Positions 52,494-64,000 of a DNA stretch of 64,000 nt are shown here, in pieces. The DNA lies in contig CM082579.2 in assembly GCA_040954595.2 (NCBI GenBank), positions 8,483,625 to 8,547,624 of the forward strand, read 5' to 3'. How positions within the stretch are numbered: the first letter of the stretch is position 1; each line of letters starts with the position of its first letter. Below the pieces are notes generated by a model. The model searched no databases and had not been told where the DNA came from. It was given only the letters and a program-made list of their open reading frames with translations. A program made the position numbers and the translations under genes. This DNA is from Balanoglossus misakiensis (taxonomy: Eukaryota; Animalia; Hemichordata).

Positions 52494-53038
52494 AGCTCCA
52501 CGGGTTAAACGGGACAGGTTTTAACGCTCTTCCAAAGCTTGATTTCCAAGCTACTGTCAGCTGTGATAGACGTTCGTGTTTAATGCATCCTCGGCGGATG
52601 GGGATAAAGTTCGTTAGTTGGACCTCTAAAGAGGGAGCAGGGGGTGAAGGGTTAAGGGAGGCGAACATCGCGGGTTGGCGAACTTGGATGCAGCCTGCTC
52701 CCGTTGTTCTGAACAATGACGAAGAGCTCTCCCCAGAATAACATTTCGACGGGCTATAGTAAACGTATTGCAGGGTTTCGCTGGAATACGGGACGTGTCA
52801 ACTCCTGAATATATACTGTTTTGAAACGTTTACAGGAGTTAATACAGAGAGCTTAACTTGTTGAATAAGGGGCGTGGGCGAGCCCCGTCGTCGACCGAAT
52901 TTACAAGCAGGTAAAGTGGTGTAGGCCTACACGGGCCACCACGTTTGGCCCCGTCAGGCCTTTGAACACTGGGCATGCGAAGATGCATGCAAGACTTGTA
53001 ACGCCACTGAAGGCTTGTGCCCGATGATCTGTGGAGCT
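52494..53038 (+). ncRNA. Candidate large structured non-coding RNA of unknown family
   Basis: The two ends pair over two consecutive helices, and about a dozen internal helices with many G-U pairs are readable on the + strand (see findings). Manual folding only. Confidence 0.5.
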
Positions 53039-53281
53039 CAAAGCGCCCTCTAGTGTTGGGAATCAAATCTGACTTTTCACAAACGCTTTGACTCCAAGCT
53101 CAACGTTCCCCCCACACTCATATATCCAGACCTAGTGTTGCACAGGAAACTGAAACGTCTTAGAAAGAGCCAATAAACACGTGATTTAAAAGAAATCTGA
53201 TGTTATTGTTTCTGTGTACATAACACTGCATGCCCCCAGTCACCACTGTTCCTTCAGATGAGCCCTCTCGCTTCTCCAGTG

Positions 53282-55102
<1,821 letters not shown>

Positions 55103-55842
55103 GACCCCTTAGCACGATCTTTCCACACGTGTAAACAACTTTACCTACACATGGTGCACAGTACGTTCGACAAGTTAATTTAACAGTCCGCTACTTCCCG
55201 AAGACAAAGAAAGTATTAGAAAACGCGACTGCAGTTTCCGGGATACTTTCCTATGCACAGCATGCGATATTTTTCACCGCTGAAGCTGCGACGCATGTTC
55301 TCCGGTGGGCGCCGCCATATTGGTGTAGACAAACGCCCTCTGTGGCGAAACGATAAATTGCAGGGATCGTGGATACGATTTATTCCAGTGCGATGTACAA
55401 TCAAAGTGCGATGAATTTCGATTATTTAAGACGAATTTCGGCGGCAGTTGGCGATAAACGAGGAAAGGGACCAGTTATTGATCCGTTCTACCGCCGTCTG
55501 GGCGGGGAATATCCAATTTCTAGATATAACTGTATAAACTATCATCTTCAAAAAGCCGATTTATGTGCTTTATGAAATGAAAGAATGGAATTGAAACATA
55601 TAGACCACCCCATAAAAGCGATCACCCCTTTTAATCGTTTTCTTTTGTGATATGTAATATGTTCGCTCGCAACTTTTGTCATGGGCGATTTTATACGCGT
55701 GTGGATTTCGATCGTGTTCTGTTCGGAAATTAACTCATTTCCTGTTAAACACGTGTTTTTTCAAACTTGAAATGTTTTCGTCGCTGATGAATGCTACAGA
55801 ACATATATGATGTGACAATATCAAATCAACAACAATGATTAT

Positions 55843-55928
55843 GGTGGTGGTGGTGGTGGTAGTGGTGGTGGTGATGGTAGTGGTGGTAGTGGTGATGATG
55901 ATGATGATGATGATGACGTATGATGATG
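55843..55928. repeat. Compound (GGT)n/(GAT)n microsatellite
   Basis: Direct reading. Confidence 0.85.
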
Positions 55929-55953
55929 ACTCTTTCAGGTTGAGGAGACTTAA

Positions 55954-56127
55954 AGGTATACGGTCACCTCCAATTTACATATCGCCATATATAGTTGAAA
56001 TGGCGTATTTGAGTGTTCTAAAGAACACTTTATTTTCGCGTGTGCCACCCACTGAAAATCTGTGATTGGTTAGATCTCAATTTACCATGGTAACTGTGGC
56101 TAAATTTGTATAGGTGACCGTATACCT
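55954..56127. mobile_element. Complete Kolobok/T2-like MITE
   Basis: TTAA TSD on both sides; perfect 16-bp TIRs AGGTATACGGTCACCT / AGGTGACCGTATACCT; related copies at 44-234 and 14380-14515. Confidence 0.88.
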
Positions 56128-57880
56128 TTAATGTAATGACTTCCGCTCGTACTCGATGAGATACTAGTATTTCGAGTCCAGCTAATAACTGCGCAAACTG
56201 CCTGCATGTCAATACGAGATTTCACGTGTCTGAGTAATCGCAAAGAAATGTCAGCATCCGTCGAATAATACGCAACTAAAACGATGAGATATATATTTTT
56301 ACTCAGATTCGGGTCAATGAACGTTTCATCCACAGACCAGGTGGAATCGTTCGCGATTGATTCTGGGATATAAACGACGTACTGACAATCGCAATCAACA
56401 ACATATGTGCGCGCAGGTGCATTTGGCCACTGCATAAAAAAAAAGGATCCGCCGATAGATTTGATCACTTCTGGCAATTTTCTCTGCACAGATTCGCTTC
56501 CAGATCTAACTGCGGCGTAGTAACTGTTCAAAGGTAAACGTGAATGACAGAAACGAGTCGCATTTCCTACTGTGAGCAAGAAAAGTCGTGAAAAGCTTTT
56601 AGTTCCCCGGAAAACTCCAACATTCGAAGTCGATCATCATTTGAAATTTCCTCTTTTCCGATCGTGCACATCCGAGTGGGACATTTTCTCTCTCACTCGT
56701 ATTGCAGTTAAGATCTCAAATCAAAGGAAACAAAACCCATTTCGCTTAAATGCATGTCCGGCGCACCTGCATGGCGAGCTCGTGTTTGACGCTGACGCTT
56801 GCAAAGGCAAACGAATGCCATGCCCGTTTCCAAAAGATTCGGCACGACACGCAACATAGTTAGCATGATATTAGTGTTGGTATATATACTGTTTCCAGAA
56901 ACGAAGATTCAGTGAGAAAGTTTGCATAGCCGACTGAAATATAAAACAGGAAGTTCAGTCTCAACTTACATACCGTTTCTCTCATGATGAGGGTAATGGA
57001 TCTTTACGTTCAGTCATTAAACCACGCAGTATATATACCAGAGCTCACATTTCCTATGGTCACCACATCACGCAATGCAATACAACGAGTAAAATCGACA
57101 TCGATATCTCCGTTCGTCGTGTTGTTGACTTGCAACGGTTATGTGGAAACCACAACGATCGGTTTCACTAACATCTCAACATTTATGTGTCAGAGCATCA
57201 AAGTCCAAAATGTCTTCCATCCGTCGGATCTGCTCATGACAATTGCTGTACACAAGTTAGAACTATTTTCAGGTTATTTTATCACAAATAGTTCAACAAA
57301 TCGTGATTTTTTTAAGATTTGCAATTTGTTCAAGTTCAAGGGCACACAAACACACTGGAAATAAATTCTAAAGACATGACATGTTCTTGGCTATCTCGAT
57401 ATAATTTTTCACTGTTACAAAATCAGAGGAATTTATGATAGAATAATTGAAAATCTGACAAATAATTATAAAATACAACCGATCCACTCATGGTTACAGA
57501 TATCCCGCAATCCATTCTGACACACTACATCATCATGCGACGCATTATCTGACACCATGTGTTTATTGGGAACAAAAGATGCTACTTAAGTAAATCAGTG
57601 TGTTTCCATGGTTACAGACTAATCACTGAAGACGGCGCAGCAGATGGCGACAATGCTGTTTTCGCTTCCATTTCCCGTTTCGAGTTCCGTCGAAGTGAAA
57701 AATGTATGCTGTATACTGTAAGTATACAAATGATCGCATTCACACGCACGGACGTACGTGCGTGCGTGCGTACACGTGCACGCAGATAGGACAAACGTGC
57801 TAACCCGAGCACGAAAAGAGTCTGTCGAAACTGCTATGAATAAACACAATGCTCTTCGCCATCACAGGTGAACGGTTTTA

Positions 57881-58543
57881 CTAACTCTTCCGTTGTGATT
57901 TCCGTTTTTGGCCACTGCGATTTTTCACGTGATACATGGCGCCTATAGCTGCCGCCGTTTCCCTGTCCGCTTTCGTTATGGCGCAGAAATCCAGCGAGCG
58001 AATCTGGGGCAGCGCCGTCAGTGCGTAAGCGCGGTAGCGGGGCTCTTGCTCCAGGGGATTGCCGTGGAACGAGACGCTCTTCAAATTGGGCATTCGGGCC
58101 AACTTGTCGATCTCTGACAGGTGGTCGATGTCGTTGCCGTGGAGATAGAGGATCTTGACGTTGGGATACTTCAGGATGACGTCGTCAATCGTGGTCAGCT
58201 CGTTGAAGGAGAGGTCGACCCAGCTGAGGTCGTCGGGATTGGAGATGAGCTTGCTGATCACCTCGCTGAACCCGGTCCACTCGTCGATGTGGTTGTTGTT
58301 GAACTTCAGCGCGGTCGTGCAGAATCGCCCGTGCTCGTCCCTCTTCAGTTTCTTCCCGCCGAATTTCCTCGGCTCGACGTCCTTCATTTTCGACTTGGCG
58401 ATCTGGTCCAGCGAGAACAGGGTCCTGAACGACAGCTCCAGCGGGGGCGCCGTGTACACGGTTTCTCTGACATTCAGCGAGGCTTCGACGACGGGTTTTC
58501 TGTAGCGGGGAGGCCGAGTGACCAGCTGCTTCCGTGCGATCAT
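57881..58543 (-). CDS. LRRC51: Leucine-rich repeat-containing protein 51, single coding exon
   Basis: 220-aa ORF from ATG 58543 with PPLELSFR, LKFNNN, LSWVDLSFNELTTID, LYLHGN, FHGNPLE..YRAYAL, LDFCAITKADR, collinear with LRRC51. Confidence 0.92.
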   Translation of the reverse strand: MIARKQLVTRPPRYRKPVVEASLNVRETVYTAPPLELSFRTLFSLDQIAKSKMKDVEPRKFGGKKLKRDEHGRFCTTALKFNNNHIDEWTGFSEVISKLISNPDDLSWVDLSFNELTTIDDVILKYPNVKILYLHGNDIDHLSEIDKLARMPNLKSVSFHGNPLEQEPRYRAYALTALPQIRSLDFCAITKADRETAAAIGAMYHVKNRSGQKRKSQRKS

Positions 58544-61500
58544 CGTCAACTGCTGGTTGTGTCCTGGGGGATGCTTCGGACAGTTTAAGTCAAGCACGGC
58601 GTCGCGTGTCCAAAAATATTCAATCCTCCGTTCCAGTTGACGGATATCGGCGTTGCTACCACTTACGAACAATCACACAAAATATGGATAGTTCAACAAA
58701 TCCGAGTGATTTATGTTATAGGAGTATTTCCAATACGGGTAAAGTAGGCCCGCATGTAATCTCGTGCGTCAGCTTGCGAAAGTTCTCGCCTAGAACGTTA
58801 GGTCCTGCGCACGTCTCCGCAAACAACCTGGATAGCACTTGTAGCTTACTCGAGAATCGGTGAAAAGTCCTCCATAAACACTTAAACAACGAAGGAGCCT
58901 GTTATTTGTGTTTTCAGTAAACTAACAGATGCACACAGCGGTGTAGTTTTCTTTGGCGTGACGAACTGCGAACACACGGTCGATACACAGGTTGCGTACT
59001 CAGTCTACACAGTCGTTGAACTCGAAATTCAATACGATTGCGTGCCTCTTACAGTTTAAACAAAATGTTCAAAAGCCCCGGCCAGTGAAGTGTGTGCGCG
59101 GATGAAATCGCCGTTGTCCGATGTCACTGACCAAAGTCTTTGGTGGCATCGAAGAATACGTACCCTCAACGAGTCCGAACACACAAATGATGCAAAGCGT
59201 TGTATCTATGTGTTGTCCTGGTAGCCAACTGCCAATCACACGATTTGCCTCCAAGCATCAGCGCTCATCATGATCAGAATGTTAGTAGTGTATGATTAAA
59301 TGGGAGGGCCCGTTACCAGCGTCGCGGTTTTGCAAGCATACCAGGGTCTATGTTGGAAGCAAGCTTCTGTCATCACATATACACAGACCACTGTTCTTGA
59401 AAATTAGCCTGTCTGAGACACTTCCAAAGCAGCGCCTACTCCCTGCCGGATTAACTGCGGGAATAAATCTCGGCTAGTAGTTTGTGCCGGTAGCTCGTCA
59501 AACGCCCCTCGGTCTCCATGGGCAACAACGACACTCAATAGTCCATTAATAGGAATTGAACCGAGTCAAACGTCTCAATCGAAACAATGAGCGACGCAGG
59601 TTTCGGATTTAGATAATTAAAACCGACATTCCCAGTGTAACACAGTATTTTAACATGAAAATGGCCGCAAGTCAAGTCACTGCCTGTTGTTCGGAGGAGG
59701 GGGGGGGGTGATTCGGCGCTGAGCTGGACCGGCAATAATCATGAACAAATAGTTGGGAAATGAAATGTAGTTATCGACCAGGTGATTACAAAACAGCGAA
59801 AAATGCTTGGATAAATTATTTTAAATGTGTGGATTTTGTGTTCTGTGTAACTGCAGATTTCGGTCCTGCCTCACCTAATGTCACAATAAAATGTTTGCCA
59901 TTGCCATGGTAATGTTTCGGACGACCCGAAGTATGAATGTCCGAGAAATATCGAACCAAACCCGAGACTAAATTCTAAATGAAATATCCATGCAGTATAG
60001 CGCTGAGACTAAATTACTTATGTAGATAATTTGTATCGTGTTAATGTCTATCGGACAACTGCTCTGAGGACGTGAATCGGCCGAATGTGGCTGGGCGGAA
60101 AAACACGATCACCAAAAGAGACGTTGGTTTCTTCCGGTCAGCACCCCCCCCCTTTCCCTCCAAAAAAAGAAAAAGCAGAAAAAGCGGTCCATCAATACGT
60201 TCACCGGAGCTCAATCATGTTTTGCTAAATAATTCCTTGATGTGTTTGCCGTTGATCCAAAACAAAGACGTTCACGTACGTTGCTCGCGGCGAGGCTTGC
60301 TCAGAAAAGGTTATGACGTCACGGGATTCGAACGCGCCCGTGGGTGAAGCTTTTGAGGATGCTTCGTTGAGATGTTCAGTGTATTCACCGTCCGACAATG
60401 GTCTTGCACTTCGGTGTATAAATAACCAAGAACGACAAAGGCTCCTTAATTATTTTTACTGTTTACAACCACCGGCAAAAACAAACTCTATCTCTAAAAG
60501 TACTTCACCGAATAAAATTGCAGGGGAAAGTGCTTTATTTCTTTAACAACATCACCTTAGAACCTGTTTTGATTTAAAGCGTTGTATAAGCGATGTGGCT
60601 AATCGCCGATAACCAGGAACATTAACAACATCGCATCGTCTGCTTTCTTTTCCAGATTTTATGGAATTCTTGCGGAAAATTTCCCGTGAAACTGTGTTCT
60701 TTTTTCGCCGCATATCGGAACCGTTTGATACTATGCCCTGAAGTTGTTCTATGTAAAATGTGGGCTACCTGTTCGTGTTGGCGATGAAACAATCTTTCCC
60801 TCGGACGCCCTCCAAGGTGTGTGTGTGTGTGGAAGGGGGGTTCCGCTCAGTGTCATGGTGCCCGGCACCGCTGCGTCATCGGTTTGCAAACCGATGGTTT
60901 GTGTTGCTTCAGACCTCACTCCACTGACTAACCAGTACTGCACACAACACCATTGTCAGTGTACCACGCTGTGAATGGTCTCTGATTGTGTTCAAGGCGT
61001 AAAATGAGCCGCCAATGCAGTGTGTGTAGCTAGTCAAGAATTTCGGCTGACGCTGATATACAATGATTTGTCACAAATTATGAAATGAAACTCGGTACCT
61101 CCGTAAAGTCTAGTCGAAATATCTGACAACTCAATTCCATTGCACTCCTTTTTTTGTGCAAATGCAGGATTTGGTACAATAAGGTGACAACGTCTTAGGT
61201 CCCCTAAACCTAAACACAGACTGCGTGTTTGGGGATTGTTCCCACCTGCTTAATTAATTGATGGGGAATTAACCGAAGCAGAAACAACCCCAGAAATCTT
61301 CTTTAAGACTTCGACGTCTGTTAACGGCCAACTGGACACCAAAAGCTGTTCAATGAGCAACCGCCAAAGACGTGTAGCCTCAAGCAGGAGATTTTGCTAC
61401 TTAGAAGTGCAAGATGAATGTAAAGGTTTCACACACAGCACGACTGCAGACTGGTTTTAGTTTGTACAGTGAACTTGAAGGGATGCATTATACATTGGAT

Positions 61501-62662
61501 ATATTAAAATATCGAGAATAATTTAATAGTAAGCTTCCATATCTCAAAAATCACACTTTTAACATAACGGCTTACATTTGGCCTATATCTGTTATGTAAA
61601 TTTTAGATGGTCGTCGTGAAATCAATATCAAATTCGGAGAGCACTTTATACGACATGTTTAGATTAAATGGCCAAACTACCTCCATTTTTACCGTTACTA
61701 GAAATTCAAAATGGCCCCCAGTTAGCGGGTCGGTGAAAGTGCTAATCTCTTTCAAAAACAAGATGGTCGAACACCCTGCTTTATTTATAACTGTCAAAAT
61801 GCCTCCACAAAACGCGCCTTGTAGCAAAATTGGGAGATATTAAAAGACTTTCGCCTTTAAAAATAATCTTAACCCGAGGTGAGTTCCGCTTTGCCTATAC
61901 CTGTATCATCGATAGCAGGTTTCATGCAAGACTAACTCCTAAACATGAATTATGCAACGTGAGACGTGCAGGAGTTGAATAGGGAGAGAAGTTGAAACAG
62001 CTAATGATGTTAATGACACCCCGGGCTTCAATCCCCCCTTGGCATCGGACTGATTGAATTTACTTTACACTATAGCGTACGTAGTTCGACGACAAGTGAC
62101 TATGAGTAAAACACCCGGCCAACGACCCGAACCGTCGACTAGTATGTTCAAAAGGATGTGGCACGTGAACCCTTTTAATAATAAACGACGTTATCACTGT
62201 CTGTGTCGCAGATACGAGCAAGGCTTGTTGATATTCATGTCTTGCATCGACGGTGACAGCGGGCGGAATGGAAATCAGCACTTACGAAGAAAGCCGTCAC
62301 AGGAAGGTACAAAAATCAATCACAGAATGCAAATTAAATGGCAAGGGAATACATTTGATGCACACCAAGCAGCTCGCTTTATTAGAAGTCCCATCACTAT
62401 CTGTGGTAATCAGTGTTTCATAAAACGGAGGTGTTACACCGTGGTCTTCTTTTGCATCTTGTATCACAATCTGAGGGCAAACAGGACATTAGCTGAATGA
62501 TTTTTTTTCTCCAGTATTTTTTTGGTGGAGGGGGGTACAAATTACATTTTATTCTCAATATTAAAAACTGGGCAATATAATGTGCTTTCAAGAAATAAGC
62601 AAAACTGTAGTTGATGCACAGTTCAAATTTACAGAAGATAAACGATATAGTGGTCGAGATTT

Positions 62663-62720
62663 CACCACTACCACCACCACCACCACCACCACCACCACCA
62701 CCATCATCACCACCACCACC
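62663..62720. repeat. (CAC)n microsatellite
   Basis: Direct reading. Confidence 0.9.
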
Positions 62721-64000
62721 ATCGTCATCGTCGTCCAGGTAGCTCGATCCGCAAACATACACGTAAAGTGGTAGATCTAACTCCTGTTACAACCATTCTT
62801 CCTTTGACAAGCGTTCTAGATTCCATTCAGTACAGGTCAACTTCCCCAGTGTTTATTTTTGGTGTAACGTACACATTTGGACCACACTGGTATATTCTAC
62901 TTCAACAGAGAATGATCCGAGAGAAACAGCTATCGTTAAAACGATTAGCGAGGCACTCGCTGACATCGCCTATTTACCTACACCGTCGAAGTACAGGTAT
63001 CGCCGTCATGATGGATGCGATCGCGCAACATTATACACCAGTATAATTTTCACGGATTCAAAAATAGCTTTGGTTAAAGCGTATCACTGTAAGCTAAACT
63101 ATCCCTATCGTGTTCACTGGTTGAGCATGTCAGTTGAAGAGTGCTAACCGATGCCAGCAACGATGACATGAAGAACGGCCTCTGTAGTCTACTATATGCA
63201 GAGGTCGTCCTCCACATCACCATCACCTGTGGATAGATGTTATCTTTCACCTGTGCTTTTGCCGAGATACAGGCAACAGCGTGACAGGACAAAAGACGTT
63301 TGTTTGGACGGCGTGCACGGAGTCACAACTTCGTGACACTTGGCACCGGGTGATTATGAGACCAAGCTTCTTGCCCTTTTGAGGAGGCAGAAAAACGCCA
63401 GAACATACACAGGACGACGCGAAAACTCGCCAAATATTTACTGACACGCTGTCGTGACATCGTGACACTGCAAACAAAAAGGGAAATATCCGTATGGCGA
63501 CAGAACCAGCATCACACAGTCAACATAAACACTCGCGTCAAAGATGTTTCACTCTTTCGTTCAAAACTAGCCAAACAATCGCTTGGTGCAAAGGGTCTGA
63601 ACGCGGGCAGTAACTGTAAATACTAATACCCGTTTTCCGTTACCGGAGAAACGACGTGGAATGGTTTTCAAATCTGAATATGTGTACATGGGACCAACGA
63701 CTATACTTGGTGGGAAACTTCACAGTAGTTTAAGATTTTGCATACTCGCTTGATTGCCAACTACGCATTCTCGGTTGTAAAGGTACTGGTTCCCTGTATC
63801 GCTGGTTGCGACCAGTAATACCGTGCAAAATAGCTGGAACAAGTATATGAAACGTCGAAAAGGATGAACACAGCTTTTTGTCAACGAGTAATGTTTAACA
63901 GTGGGTATCTCTCAAGGAGACTTAGACATGACACGGTATCTATCGTTTTGCCATCTTATGGCATTACAAATGTATTATTTATTGCAATTTATTTACAAAC

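Noticed and set aside
52584-52604. HDV-like ribozyme core (CATCCTCGGCGGATG)
   Set aside because: P3/P1/P1.1 and the J4/2 catalytic segment could not be built.
52640-52660. Telomerase RNA template (GAAGGGTTAAGGG)
   Set aside because: The minus strand reads CTTAACCCTTC, not 1.5 repeats of CCCTAA; the G-U bias favours the other strand; no H/ACA end seen.
58544-58672. N-terminal extension of the LRRC51 ORF
   Set aside because: Starts at a non-ATG codon; likely 5' UTR.
63190-63226. Possible terminal exon GDGDVEDDLCI* of a minus-strand gene from beyond the right edge
   Set aside because: Good acceptor but too short to support without upstream exons.

Overview
Intron-rich invertebrate animal genomic DNA. 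The gene set, repeat types and composition suggest an echinoderm or other deuterostome, but this is inference. Recognisable genes: ATRX (minus, ~13.1-27.0 kb, about 25 exons); a death-domain TNF receptor (EDAR/TROY-like, plus, 29.4-33.3 kb) head-to-head with ATRX; an ARSB/I/J-type arylsulfatase (minus, 37.5-44.1 kb); two identical tRNA-Ser(GCT) genes with genomically encoded CCA; a galactose-3-O-sulfotransferase (plus); GTPBP8 (minus); and an intronless LRRC51 (minus). An unidentified minus-strand gene probably runs off the left edge. Many MITEs are present, with TA, TTAA, 7-bp or 9-bp target-site duplications (TSDs); one is a perfect 189-bp-arm palindrome. The most unusual signal is a ~545-nt non-coding segment at 52494-53038. 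By eye it folds on the + strand into an end-closed, multi-branched, G-U-rich structure with candidate pseudoknots and a competing switch helix, and it matches no RNA family I recognise. Weaker structured segments lie at 38.5, 0.7, 47.3, 62.1 and 40.3 kb. All folding and exon boundaries were read manually and need computational confirmation.
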